From sequence record NC_017972.1: DNA of 64,000 nt. One strand, 5' to 3'. The notes beneath the pieces were generated by a model. The model ran no database searches. It saw only the letters and a program-made list of their open reading frames with translations, and was not told the DNA's origin. This document shows positions 25,956-36,065 of this stretch, piece after piece. Every line of letters starts with the position of its first letter. Position 1 is the first letter of the stretch. The translations under genes and the position numbers were made by a program.

Positions 25956-26669
25956 TCACAAACCAATGAAAGCTGCGTCGAGGTCTTCGCTGGTCGTAGT
26001 CCAGAAAGCCTCAAACGTAACGTTAACGGTTGCAGCAATAGGGTTGCCGCGTGCGTCGAACTGCGTATCGAATGTTGCGTTTACATCGTTGATCACGCAC
26101 GGGCTGAATTTGAAGAAACGCCCAATTCGCAGAGTGATTTCATCGCCACCCAATTGCGCGACAGCCGACATGTCACCACTGCGAATTGCGTCAAGATTGC
26201 CAATGTGCGGACCGGGTGCAACAAGAAAACCCGCCGCCGTTGTAGGCGTGGTCAGCTGCATCAGTTTTTTAATCTTATCCGTCACTTCATCCTTTGCGTT
26301 GTCGTAAGCAACAATCGCAAAAGGAATAGTCAGAACCAGCGACGAACCGGACGACCAAACGGAACCGGAAAGATATTTGTTAATCGACGTGAGGCCAGTA
26401 GTTGCCCGTGCAATTTGCTCGGCCATACCGGCTTCCTCGCCTAAGCCAGCTTTACCGCCTATCGTTTCCGACAAAGGTTTTGCAAAAGGCCGATCATATT
26501 GCGACGACAAATGGAGTCCGAAGTTTTCAGGAATCGGCGTATCCATTGTGATATACGGCATGTTGTCGCGGCGTACTTCCAGCTGCACCGTGTAGATACT
26601 GGAAAGCTGTGGCAACAGGCGCGTAGGTGACGGCAACGTCGGGTTATAAATGGTTGCGTATTGTGTCAT
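25956..26669 (-). CDS. baseplate/tube-initiator-like protein (gp48/gp54-like)
   Basis: PCVINDVNATFD...G.PIAATVNVTFE tube-fold motif. Confidence 0.6.
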   Translation of the reverse strand: MTQYATIYNPTLPSPTRLLPQLSSIYTVQLEVRRDNMPYITMDTPIPENFGLHLSSQYDRPFAKPLSETIGGKAGLGEEAGMAEQIARATTGLTSINKYLSGSVWSSGSSLVLTIPFAIVAYDNAKDEVTDKIKKLMQLTTPTTAAGFLVAPGPHIGNLDAIRSGDMSAVAQLGGDEITLRIGRFFKFSPCVINDVNATFDTQFDARGNPIAATVNVTFEAFWTTTSEDLDAAFIGL

Positions 26670-26678
26670 AAGTCACCC

Positions 26679-29600
26679 TTATACAAGTCCAGAAAGCGGG
26701 AACAAAATACCCAAGTCATTTACAACCGGGGTCAAATCGTCCAGCTGCGGCATATCGTTTTTACCGCCTCCTTTTCCGCCTCCACCTTTACCACCACCGC
26801 CACCCATAGCAGGCGCGCTAGGCGCAGCGGCGGGAGCAGAATCCGGCGACAACGAAACTTGTTGAACGCTACTAAAATCATCGCGTTGAACAGGCTCTGT
26901 CATTGGTGCGGTGGATACCGGCATAGGCGCGGTTACTGGCGCAGCGCGAGAAACTACCGGAGTATCATTCGAGTAATACGACGGCGAAGCTGGCGAGGTT
27001 TCCGGCGTAAGAGAATTAACCGATCCAACTTCTTTCGGTTTGTACAAATCCTCCGTAGACAAAACATAGTCGCCGGTTGGAGTCGAGCGCATTCCCGGTT
27101 GGCCCATAACAGGCGTCGATTTTTGCGCAGGTTCTACCTTGCTATCGCCGCCAAAAATATTGGTCGCAATGCCAGCAGCACCGTTAACCACGTCACCGAA
27201 CGAAGGCAGGCCAGAACTGAGGCGCGGAATCATTCCAGAAACGCCCGGAATTCGCATCAATTCCCGACCGACTTCGCTGCCACCAATCGCACGGCTAATC
27301 TTGGAATTAATCTCGCCCAATTTACCGTTTACTTCACCCGGCACGCCGCCCATCGAACCCCAGCCAGCCCGCTGACCAATGCGCGTTACTTCGCGAGTAA
27401 TTGCGCGGGTAGTTGGATCAGTTGGCGTTGCAGCTTTGCCAAACGGATTAAGCTTGATATTTCCGCTGATTCGCTTTCCTTGCGATGGCGAAGTTTCAGC
27501 AGTGCGCATACGGATTGGATTTGCTGCGCTACCCGGTCCTGTTTTTCGCACAGGAACTTGGCCGGGAGTGAGCGTGCCGTTTTGTTGCTGCATATGTAAA
27601 TCATACAGCGCTTGCTGCTCTTTCGTCCGGGGCGCGGTCGGGTCCATAGCGTCAACCATCGGTGGCGTTTTTTCCACCGACATTACTTTGGTTTCACCGT
27701 CTGCTTTTTCGTCCTTTTTCTCGACAGGATTCCCTTCCGTTTCCGGTTTAATCAAGCCACCGGAAGCATCGCGATTCGCTGCGGCATCTTCTGGTTTTTT
27801 CTCACCGCCACCCATCGTAGATGTGCCACTAGATTCAGGCGAAGTGGAAACGCCTGTGCCAGTTGGATCGGTTTTCAGCAAACCACCAGTAGGCCCACGC
27901 GGCGCAGCCTCGACACCGCCTTTGGTATTTTCCTCGGCGCCTTTTTTCGCAACTTCTGTGGATTTATCCATTTCTTTTGCGACAGCGGCTTGCATTACCT
28001 GCGGGCTAGAACCGCCAGACTCGGTACTAACGCCACCACCGCCTTTATTTCCGCCACCTGCGCGGATCATTTCTACGTGCCAAGGCTCATTAGAAAGTGG
28101 GCGATGGAAACCGTATTTTTTAAACATGCCGGTCGTTTCCAAAGACTGCGCAGATTTGCGGTCAATGTCGATAGCGAAACCGGATTCATGGCGCGACGTA
28201 CCGGGGCGTGCAACACGCTTGGTATTTCGTCCATATTTTACCCATAATGCTTCCTGCTCCATGCGGGTACGGAAAGCGGATTCGACGTGTACCGTGCCGC
28301 CACTGTTATTCTGCACCCAATCGCCGACCATTGTATAAAAAGCTTGTTTGAATTTTGGATTCAAACCGGCCATATTTACGTTGGAGCTATTCAGGCTTAC
28401 ATGTTTTTGCCCCAGTGCATAAAGCGCACCATCTGCGGGATTTAATTCAGAAGCAGCCGTACCGCCGCCAGCTTCGTCGGAGGAACCGCCACCACCGCCA
28501 CCACCCTGTTGACCGCCACCGCCAGCAGCAGGCATTGCCATAATTCCGACAGTGCCGTTTGAAGCCGGTTGCATTCCGCCGCCTTGCTGTTTGCCGCCAT
28601 ATGCGCCAATCATTTGAGACGAATATTGCGAGCCAATCCCCGAGCCAACTTGCGCAGCAGAACCGGGGCCTTGTTTTTCTTCATTCAGCATCGCAAGAAG
28701 TGCGGCTTTTTCTTCACCCGCACGACGGAAAATACCGTCTTGTTGATCGGCGCTGGCACCGGGGAATTTTTCGCGGACCGAGGCAGCACGCATTTCCTGA
28801 ATGCGCGTGATCATTTCCGCGTCATCCATTTTGGAAATATCGCGGTTGCCGAACGTATCACCCATCAGGCCTTTAGCTTTGCCGGGGCCGTATTGGGTTG
28901 CAACGCTGTAGAACGCTTCCTGCAAAGCACGCGAACGCTGAGAAATATCAACGTCGTATTGCTTCATGAACCACTTGGCAAGCGGGTCATAGTTTTCACG
29001 TTTGATAAAGGCTTTTTGCGCTTGCTCCATGCCTTTACCGTCACGCTCTACAACCTCTTTGTATTTCTTGCTGAACTCTTCGCTGCCCGGCGTCAGACCA
29101 CGGAATTCATTGTAGTATTTACTACCTTCCCCGGAACGCAGGAAGTTAGTCATTCCGCCTTTTTTCGAGTTGAGCTGGTGTGCGCCATACGACACGCCGC
29201 CCGGATCGCCTTTGCCGCTGGAAATGGTGCCGACACCACGGCCACCAGATTCAAATTTTGCAGCAATGGCGCCAAAATCTTCGTGCATGGCCGTCTGACC
29301 AATTGCAACGCCTTTTGCTTTTCCTTTCGCCGTCATCTGATCCAACATGGTATTGTTGGGGTCTTCAAACGGTTTGTGATCATTCAGCCAGTCTTTCGTG
29401 TTCTGCCAACCACGCGAAAGCATTCCCGCATCTTTCTTTTCGTATACGTGGTTTTCACGCATAGCCTCAATCACTTTGCCGCCGAACAAACCGACGCCAA
29501 GTGTAAGCAACGGCAGAAGTGCGCTACCTCCAGCCAAACGCCCGCCCATACCAACCAGACGACCACCAATACCTTGCAGTTTTGGTTTAGGTGCATTGCG

Positions 29601-30185
29601 CATGAAACGCCCACGCTTATCACGCGGCTGGCGACTAGCTCTATCGCGTGCAATGTCACGGCGCTTTTGTCGCATTTCATCCAGCAAAGAACGTTGACGC
29701 TCGGCAGGTGTAGGTCCGTTATCTACGCGTTTAAACTCACCTTCGTAAGTATTGCCCTTACGCTCCTGCACTTTTGGGACAGGTTTTGTCGCTTCGCGTT
29801 TCATGAATTCCGCTAGGCGTTCGACCACATCGGAAATGTCACGCGTGGCCTGAATCTGTTCCTGCATCAAACCGGATTGCTGCATGAGCAAATTGGATTG
29901 CTGGCGCGTGGCTACGGCCTGCGATTTAATTACCTGTGTTTGTCCATCAATCGCGTCGGCCTGCTTGTCTTGCGAGCTGGTAGAAACGTTGGATTTCTTA
30001 CCGCCCGCGCCAGCAGTGTAAGCGTGCTTTTTCTGCTCGCTAAATTTTACGTCTTCTTCATCGGCGCGAATGTGTGCGTGCTGCATCAGACGTGGGCGGG
30101 ATTCCCCGCCGACACGACTTTTTTCGGGCGCCTTTTGTGAACCGTGGCGGTCCACGATTTTATCCAGCTCTTCAAGCGCAGCCAT
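26679..30185 (-). CDS. tape measure / tail-associated lysin with lysozyme-like and M15 peptidase domains
   Basis: 1168 aa; FESGGRGVGTISSGKGDPGGVSYGAHQL; SAFRT..EQ..L...SRHESGFAID...EPWH; Gly- and Pro/Ser/Thr-rich linkers. Confidence 0.8.
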   Translation of the reverse strand: MAALEELDKIVDRHGSQKAPEKSRVGGESRPRLMQHAHIRADEEDVKFSEQKKHAYTAGAGGKKSNVSTSSQDKQADAIDGQTQVIKSQAVATRQQSNLLMQQSGLMQEQIQATRDISDVVERLAEFMKREATKPVPKVQERKGNTYEGEFKRVDNGPTPAERQRSLLDEMRQKRRDIARDRASRQPRDKRGRFMRNAPKPKLQGIGGRLVGMGGRLAGGSALLPLLTLGVGLFGGKVIEAMRENHVYEKKDAGMLSRGWQNTKDWLNDHKPFEDPNNTMLDQMTAKGKAKGVAIGQTAMHEDFGAIAAKFESGGRGVGTISSGKGDPGGVSYGAHQLNSKKGGMTNFLRSGEGSKYYNEFRGLTPGSEEFSKKYKEVVERDGKGMEQAQKAFIKRENYDPLAKWFMKQYDVDISQRSRALQEAFYSVATQYGPGKAKGLMGDTFGNRDISKMDDAEMITRIQEMRAASVREKFPGASADQQDGIFRRAGEEKAALLAMLNEEKQGPGSAAQVGSGIGSQYSSQMIGAYGGKQQGGGMQPASNGTVGIMAMPAAGGGGQQGGGGGGGSSDEAGGGTAASELNPADGALYALGQKHVSLNSSNVNMAGLNPKFKQAFYTMVGDWVQNNSGGTVHVESAFRTRMEQEALWVKYGRNTKRVARPGTSRHESGFAIDIDRKSAQSLETTGMFKKYGFHRPLSNEPWHVEMIRAGGGNKGGGGVSTESGGSSPQVMQAAVAKEMDKSTEVAKKGAEENTKGGVEAAPRGPTGGLLKTDPTGTGVSTSPESSGTSTMGGGEKKPEDAAANRDASGGLIKPETEGNPVEKKDEKADGETKVMSVEKTPPMVDAMDPTAPRTKEQQALYDLHMQQQNGTLTPGQVPVRKTGPGSAANPIRMRTAETSPSQGKRISGNIKLNPFGKAATPTDPTTRAITREVTRIGQRAGWGSMGGVPGEVNGKLGEINSKISRAIGGSEVGRELMRIPGVSGMIPRLSSGLPSFGDVVNGAAGIATNIFGGDSKVEPAQKSTPVMGQPGMRSTPTGDYVLSTEDLYKPKEVGSVNSLTPETSPASPSYYSNDTPVVSRAAPVTAPMPVSTAPMTEPVQRDDFSSVQQVSLSPDSAPAAAPSAPAMGGGGGKGGGGKGGGKNDMPQLDDLTPVVNDLGILFPLSGLV

Positions 30186-30191
30186 AGACTG

Positions 30192-31166
30192 TTACCTTTT
30201 GCGCGGTGTGCCTAGAATCGGATTTGCGGCTTGTCGCTGGTTAATCTTTTGCTGTTCCTCTTTGCGTGCCTGCGCCAGCGTCTGGTGCAAGTACAGGAAC
30301 ATACGAACCGGCGTATTCAAATCCGTGGCAACGTGGAATTGTGACATGAGGTTATACATCATGTTGTACACGTCTTTTTCGGTGTTGTCCGCAAAGAACT
30401 TGAGCATCGACGGGCTAGATTCGTGCATCATGATATTGCCGCATTTGGAGCAGCGCAGACGCACGACTTCGGTAACGCCGTGGAAATACTTGTCTTTGAG
30501 TTTTTCGATATCCTGAAAAAGCGTCATATCTGGCTGGGCCAGCAGGTACGCCAGCTTGGCCCTGAACGTCTTGCCGGATTTCACCCAGCGCGCCAGCTCG
30601 CCCACGTATTTCATGCGTGGATTGTCACCGACATATTCGTAAAAATCGGTAAGCGTCCCGACTCTAGGAAAATCGATTTGCGGGTGCTGGATTTTATTGT
30701 CGTCGTCTTCCAGTGTCGTAACTTTTGTCGAGGTCTGGTGTACCGTTTCGACTTGGTGATAGCCGCAAGGTTTCAGCACGTAGCCTAATCGCTTGGCATC
30801 CGCTGCGCTCATGCCCGGTCCGATTTTCCCGGCGTCGTTTGTGTAGACTTTATTCATGCAGGTATATTCTGCGCGAACCGGAACTTCGGGGAAGGAACGT
30901 TTGCGCAAATGCGCCATAACCAACATGAAATCGCCGTCGGTTAACTGATTCACGTCCACGCTACAAGCCATCTGCACCGCACGAATGATATGCTGGTGCG
31001 GACGGGTCCGCGCAGCCATACCTGTGTGCAACAAATGCAATTCCTTTACGAGAAATTCACGTAGGTAGATACGATCAAAATCGTAGGAATCGTTGTATGC
31101 AGGATTTCCGGTAGCCAAGTCACCAATGTCGGAATAAAGCGCGTCAAGTTCGGCATGTTTATTCAT
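30192..31166 (-). CDS. baseplate hub assembly protein (T4 gp26/gp51-like)
   Basis: LTDGDFMLVMAHLR..S, FPRVGTL, C-terminal CSKCG; located upstream of the tape measure. Confidence 0.6.
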   Translation of the reverse strand: MNKHAELDALYSDIGDLATGNPAYNDSYDFDRIYLREFLVKELHLLHTGMAARTRPHQHIIRAVQMACSVDVNQLTDGDFMLVMAHLRKRSFPEVPVRAEYTCMNKVYTNDAGKIGPGMSAADAKRLGYVLKPCGYHQVETVHQTSTKVTTLEDDDNKIQHPQIDFPRVGTLTDFYEYVGDNPRMKYVGELARWVKSGKTFRAKLAYLLAQPDMTLFQDIEKLKDKYFHGVTEVVRLRCSKCGNIMMHESSPSMLKFFADNTEKDVYNMMYNLMSQFHVATDLNTPVRMFLYLHQTLAQARKEEQQKINQRQAANPILGTPRKR

Positions 31167-31172
31167 AACCTA

Positions 31173-31961
31173 TCACACGAAGAAAGAATGGGCGTCGATT
31201 ACCGCGTCGAATGGGTAAAGCGAAGTGCAAGTCGGGCACTCTTTGTAGACGCGCTGCATGATGCCGTGGTCGTACAGGAAATGGGCGCGGCTCGCTTTGT
31301 CGAACAGCTCCATATCAATTTCATCGCGGTCCAATTTGGTCAGGCGTTCATGCAGAGTTTTGCCCTCTTTAATGTACGCGACAGGTCCGATTACTTTGCC
31401 GTAGCGCTTGTCGGAACCGAGGTCCAGATATTCGACAAGGTGGCGCACGCGTGGATAATCCAGAGCGTCATCGATTGGCGTTTCATCCATTTCTTTTACG
31501 CTGAAATCTTCAAACGTTACGAACTGGTGGTTGTGCGCCGTGCAATCGACTTCGGTAAGGATCAGCTTGGCCGGGTCTTCCATCAGCGTTTCAGCTTCGG
31601 TGCCCTGAGCTTCGTCGAATTGCTTACGCATATTTTCGATTTCAGCGATGTTGAGAATGCCGCCAGTGTCTTTGCGTTTGAACAGCACGCCGTCACATTC
31701 CCAGTCGGCATAAATCGGGAGGTCGCGAGAATTGAAACGCAGCCACGTCAGGATATAGAAAAAATCTCCGTGAGTGAGCTGCATTACATCGAAGTCCATA
31801 ACCTGCCCCACGGCTTCGATCAGCGGCGCGTGGTTTTTGGTGTAAATCGCCTCAGACAAATAAGGCATGTGCTTTGGCCGGAACGGATTTACTTCGATAT
31901 GCTTGGAGGCATACGGAATCATGCGCGACGGCAGATTAGAACTATCGAATTTCATAAACAC
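31173..31961 (-). CDS. baseplate hub assembly protein paralog (gp26-like)
   Basis: LPSRMIPY, LTHGDFFYILTWLRFNS, YPRVRHL, CPTC. Confidence 0.6.
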   Translation of the reverse strand: MFMKFDSSNLPSRMIPYASKHIEVNPFRPKHMPYLSEAIYTKNHAPLIEAVGQVMDFDVMQLTHGDFFYILTWLRFNSRDLPIYADWECDGVLFKRKDTGGILNIAEIENMRKQFDEAQGTEAETLMEDPAKLILTEVDCTAHNHQFVTFEDFSVKEMDETPIDDALDYPRVRHLVEYLDLGSDKRYGKVIGPVAYIKEGKTLHERLTKLDRDEIDMELFDKASRAHFLYDHGIMQRVYKECPTCTSLYPFDAVIDAHSFFV

Positions 31962-31965
31962 CCCG

Positions 31966-32469
31966 TTAGGAATAAATCACGTTGTCAATCGCGAAGTTTT
32001 GTTGAATTTTGAGGGCCTGCCCGCCGTTGTTAACCAGCTGAATCGGGCTAGTCGTCGTAGGCCACACGTCTTGCAACTCGGCGGTAAGAATCGGCGTATC
32101 AGTTGTACGTCCGTCAGTCAGCGCAAATTTCATTGGTCTTTTGTATTCGCCCGGCAGCGAGTAAACGCCTGTATCCGGGTCCATAATTTTATTGCGCCAG
32201 TCTTGAACGTATTTGAAACTACGCATGGAAACGTCTTCATAAAAGGTAATGTCAAATGCAGCCAATTCCCGAAAGCCGGGGAACTGCACAAAACGACCAG
32301 CCATGAAAAACGGTTTCATGTTGATAGATGGTACAGGCAGCGTCACCGTCTCGACATACGAAGGCTCGAAATCAAACGGTAATTCCACACAATACCAATA
32401 CATGTCCAGCATCGGCGAGCGGTCGCCGGACCGTTTGCCAATGAGTTCTTCCAGTGTGAGTATTGGCAT
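31966..32469 (-). CDS. tail-tube-like protein (gp19/gp54 family)
   Basis: ITFYED...YVQDWRNKI...Y...DVWPTT pattern; start reassigned to ATG 32469. Confidence 0.7.
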   Translation of the reverse strand: MPILTLEELIGKRSGDRSPMLDMYWYCVELPFDFEPSYVETVTLPVPSINMKPFFMAGRFVQFPGFRELAAFDITFYEDVSMRSFKYVQDWRNKIMDPDTGVYSLPGEYKRPMKFALTDGRTTDTPILTAELQDVWPTTTSPIQLVNNGGQALKIQQNFAIDNVIYS

Positions 32470-32490
32470 ATTTTCTTCCTGCAACAAGCG

Positions 32491-32525
32491 AAAAAAGCCC
32501 AATGCGTAAAACGCACCGGGCTTTT
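32491..32525 (-). terminator. intrinsic terminator after the tail tube gene
   Basis: aagcccggtgcg/cgcattgggctt stem plus T6. Confidence 0.8.
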
Positions 32526-32530
32526 GTGAA

Positions 32531-33043
32531 TCAGAGCACGCGTTCTACGTAACCGTAGGCAAACGTGGCATCTTGGCGCAGTGCTTGACCGCCCGCACCC
32601 TCGAATTGGTATTCGCCAATTTCGGTAGGGAACATTCGGTGAATATTCCACTTCGCAGCGTCCGCACCGGTTTGGTCAAACACGGTAAATTCCGCAGTAC
32701 GCATGTAATCGTCGTGGAAGCCACCAGTCTGAGTCGCGGTAGCACGGCCAACCGACGCCCAAGATTTGAGCTGGTTGTAAGTACGACCGTCGTAAACTTC
32801 GTGGTAGGCAATGTTCATGCTGTGAGTGAAAGTCTTACGACCTGCAAACAGCAATTTGTGACCGAACAATTCCACTTCAACAGGGTTGAGGGAAGCGCCC
32901 GGCAGCGAAGCGCTCAAGCATTTGATACGGAGTTCGGCACCGTCGTTGAATTCGCCCGGAATATCAGTGAACAAAAGTTCAAAGTTATCGTTCAGCATCG
33001 GGTCGAGCAACGAGTAGGCTTCTTCCAATGTTACTTTAGGCAT
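32531..33043 (-). CDS. tail tube protein (T4 gp19-like)
   Basis: follows sheath; SASLPG, FAGRKTF, W....FPT.IG motifs. Confidence 0.8.
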   Translation of the reverse strand: MPKVTLEEAYSLLDPMLNDNFELLFTDIPGEFNDGAELRIKCLSASLPGASLNPVEVELFGHKLLFAGRKTFTHSMNIAYHEVYDGRTYNQLKSWASVGRATATQTGGFHDDYMRTAEFTVFDQTGADAAKWNIHRMFPTEIGEYQFEGAGGQALRQDATFAYGYVERVL

Positions 33044-33057
33044 AAGTCACCTGTCCG

Positions 33058-34650
33058 TTAGGAGTTAAGAGCCAATTCGATTGCGGTGTTAATGTCACCA
33101 GTTTGCGCAACGGTTGCGGTAAACAGAATCCGCTTGGCATAACGCGTCGGCTGGATAATGTAAACGAGGCAAACGTCACCATTCGCAACTTGTTCTGGCG
33201 GGTTAGTGGTCTTATCGCAAATCACTTTGGAGAAGTACACACCCTGCGCACGCTTGATCGGTTCAAGAATACGCTCCACCACACCGCGCAATTGCGCCCA
33301 CAGGAATTCGTCGTTTGGATCGAACAGGCCGACCAATACGTCGTACTTCGCAGTGGTTTCAATCATGTTAATCAGGCGGCGAACAGGAACGTCCTGCAAT
33401 GGCGATTTTTGCGATTGAAGTGTTTGAGCACCCCACACGCAGAAGCCATACGAGGCCTGATAGTGAATCATGTTGATTTGGTTCTGGTCGAGAATGTTGC
33501 GCTCGGGCAGAGAGTAGCGATGACGCACGCCGCTAATATCTTCGATAACGCCACGATTCACACCAGCCGGTGCCCAAAATACGTCTTTGTCTCGGTCGGA
33601 CTGCGCGTAGACCGCAGCAATCGCACCGGAACATGGAACGTAAATTTCTTGGTTATCGTCGGTGCGTTCCAGAATGTCAGAGCAATACATAGCCGCAAAG
33701 CTAGAATTGCTGTTCAGAACGTTACGGCGATAATCAACAGCACGCGCAACGGTTTGCAGATCGGAAGGAATATCGAGAATTGCAGTGCAATCGCGACGGC
33801 CTTCTGCCAGAGCAATCATGGCCTGATGCACACCAGCGTCGGCATAACCGGCGTTGATCAAAATGCGCAGCTCAAAATCGTCTTCGTTGTCGAACTGTTC
33901 CCAACCGTCGATGATTTGCCCGGCGTGCGCTTTCGCGCCGTTAGTGCCGTAGGAAAGATCAACCTGCACAATCGCGTTAATCAAACGAGCGGCACCATTG
34001 GAACGAACATATTCCGGGTGATTTTCGTTGATCTTTAGGCGAATGCGAGAATCAGCCGCTTCCAGCTGATAGGCGATGTTGGTTTGTTGGTTAAAACCAG
34101 AAGTTTTATCACGCAGAGTACCCCGGTAGGTTTCGACCGGAACGCTCATGTTGGTTTCAAAAACTTGCAGCCAGAAAAGTTCGTTTTCTACGTCGTTCAC
34201 ATCCGGGTACATCAGGACGCGAATGCCGTTGTTCCACTCGCCGGGGTTTGCCCCGTAAATGAAAAGAATTTCTTCTGGAATCTGGTTGTGCTCAGTCGGG
34301 TCCAAATAGCCTTGGGTTGCCGCGTGAGGAACTGCAAAACCTTCAACGGTACGCACAGAGGCGTTACCGTATTCGGCGCCAGTATCAACGCGCAGGAACC
34401 ACAAACGTTGCGACTTTTTCAGGAACCGCTCAGCTGCGAAATGCGCAAAAGTCAGGGACGGATCGCGAAGGCCAAATTTTGCGCGGAATTCTTCTTTGCT
34501 TGTGGTAAGCACAGGAATGCCAACGGGGCCGCGATTCGATTCACCAACAATTGCCCCAGTAGACGGGTAGGTAGTGGTTGCAGAAATTGCATTATTCCGC
34601 TCCCCACCGTACACGCCAGACGACGTGTTACTGCCGTTCTGTAATGGCAT
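33058..34650 (-). CDS. tail sheath protein 1
   Basis: GESNRGPVGIP, NPGEWNNGI, WAPAG.NRG, WGAQTL, VRRL motifs. Confidence 0.9.
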   Translation of the reverse strand: MPLQNGSNTSSGVYGGERNNAISATTTYPSTGAIVGESNRGPVGIPVLTTSKEEFRAKFGLRDPSLTFAHFAAERFLKKSQRLWFLRVDTGAEYGNASVRTVEGFAVPHAATQGYLDPTEHNQIPEEILFIYGANPGEWNNGIRVLMYPDVNDVENELFWLQVFETNMSVPVETYRGTLRDKTSGFNQQTNIAYQLEAADSRIRLKINENHPEYVRSNGAARLINAIVQVDLSYGTNGAKAHAGQIIDGWEQFDNEDDFELRILINAGYADAGVHQAMIALAEGRRDCTAILDIPSDLQTVARAVDYRRNVLNSNSSFAAMYCSDILERTDDNQEIYVPCSGAIAAVYAQSDRDKDVFWAPAGVNRGVIEDISGVRHRYSLPERNILDQNQINMIHYQASYGFCVWGAQTLQSQKSPLQDVPVRRLINMIETTAKYDVLVGLFDPNDEFLWAQLRGVVERILEPIKRAQGVYFSKVICDKTTNPPEQVANGDVCLVYIIQPTRYAKRILFTATVAQTGDINTAIELALNS

Positions 34651-34703
34651 CGTGGAATCTCCATTGAATCGAAATCCTAACGGTTGCTAGGATTATTAAT
34701 AAA

Positions 34704-36065
34704 TTACGCTTTTACCACAGTACAACGAACAGGTTTATCCGACATGAGTTTGATCGTCCCGGCAAAGCTGCCGTTCAAGAAAAAATGACCATTTACTGTC
34801 AGCACAACCGGGGCGCTAGCCACGACGCCGTTGTCTTTTACTACCGGGTTTTCGCAGTCCTGTTCGGGCATCACAACATGCAAAGATTTCTGCACGCGAG
34901 GATTATCCAGAGTTCCGCCGTACTGCACGACCAACGTGTGCCCCGGCAGACCGATACCCGCAATGTTTTCCACAATGTAATGATAGCGACCGCTGTACGG
35001 ATACGCCTCTTCCATTGGAACGTGCGTAACCATTCCGGTATTTTGGTTGCGGATTTGAACGAGCGGGCCGTCAGGCATATCGTCGTCGCGCAACGTCAGA
35101 TAAAACGGTTTCGATATCAGCTGCTGATCAATGAAATCCAGCGTAGGCACAGTCAGGCCCAGCGCATCAGCAACTTTGAATTCCTTCACAATTTGCACAA
35201 CGTTATTAAACACGTCGCGCCCATCGGTGACGATCTTGAAAGCATCGCCTTCCTGCACTGCAAAAGAGTTAGGGCCATCTGTAGCGCCAAGGTGAATCGG
35301 CGCCTTATTAAACAGCACAATATCCTTGCTCACGCCGCTGGTAACGTTTGTCACTACAGCTTTATTCGACACAGGATTCTGCACATTGAAATTCAGGTAC
35401 GAATCAAACGGAATCGTATCAGGCGCGTCGATCACCGTTTCTTTGAATGCCAGCTCGACAGGCACGTCTACTGTCACTTCACGCGAGGCGCCATTTGCCG
35501 CATACGCTTCGTTGTAGAAGAAACGCAGAATGTCGTCTTTGCGGCAGTACATCACGCCGTCGAAATCCACGCCTTTTGCGTCGTCGTTTTGCGTGGGCAG
35601 ATAACCCTGATACTCGCCTTGATTTACGCGCTGAATATCAAACTCTTCTGTCTCACCGGTACGCATGTTCATGGCGGAAACTTTGAGAGGCGCAGCCGTG
35701 AAAATATCTTTGTCAGTTACTTTCACTTCGACAAAGCGCGAGGCATACGCTGTGCCGACTTCCATTACCGCATCATGGAAAACCTGTTCTGAATTGGACG
35801 GGGCCGCAGGCATTAAACCGTGGCTGACCAATTCAATAGTAATCGGATGCGGGCATTGGATTGAAACGATGTTGTGTACGTCTACCAGCGTGTAAGGACG
35901 CTCGGGAGAAACCACGAAATCTTTTTGCTCTAATTCGACTTCGGTGATTTTGGTAGCGACACTGAATGCGTTCACAGCAGTTCGACGCACACGATCTACC
36001 GTGAATTGCCGCATTTCCGTGACAATTGTTTTTGCCAACGGGCGGTAAACTTGAGGTGTTTTCAT
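34704..36065 (-). CDS. putative virion structural protein (Ig-like beta domains)
   Basis: 453 aa, beta-rich, inside the structural operon. Confidence 0.6.
   Translation of the reverse strand: MKTPQVYRPLAKTIVTEMRQFTVDRVRRTAVNAFSVATKITEVELEQKDFVVSPERPYTLVDVHNIVSIQCPHPITIELVSHGLMPAAPSNSEQVFHDAVMEVGTAYASRFVEVKVTDKDIFTAAPLKVSAMNMRTGETEEFDIQRVNQGEYQGYLPTQNDDAKGVDFDGVMYCRKDDILRFFYNEAYAANGASREVTVDVPVELAFKETVIDAPDTIPFDSYLNFNVQNPVSNKAVVTNVTSGVSKDIVLFNKAPIHLGATDGPNSFAVQEGDAFKIVTDGRDVFNNVVQIVKEFKVADALGLTVPTLDFIDQQLISKPFYLTLRDDDMPDGPLVQIRNQNTGMVTHVPMEEAYPYSGRYHYIVENIAGIGLPGHTLVVQYGGTLDNPRVQKSLHVVMPEQDCENPVVKDNGVVASAPVVLTVNGHFFLNGSFAGTIKLMSDKPVRCTVVKA

Noticed and set aside
30185-31961. Tail-assembly-chaperone-type frameshift upstream of the tape measure
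   Set aside because: No slippery heptamer at the gene ends; each ORF has its own start and RBS
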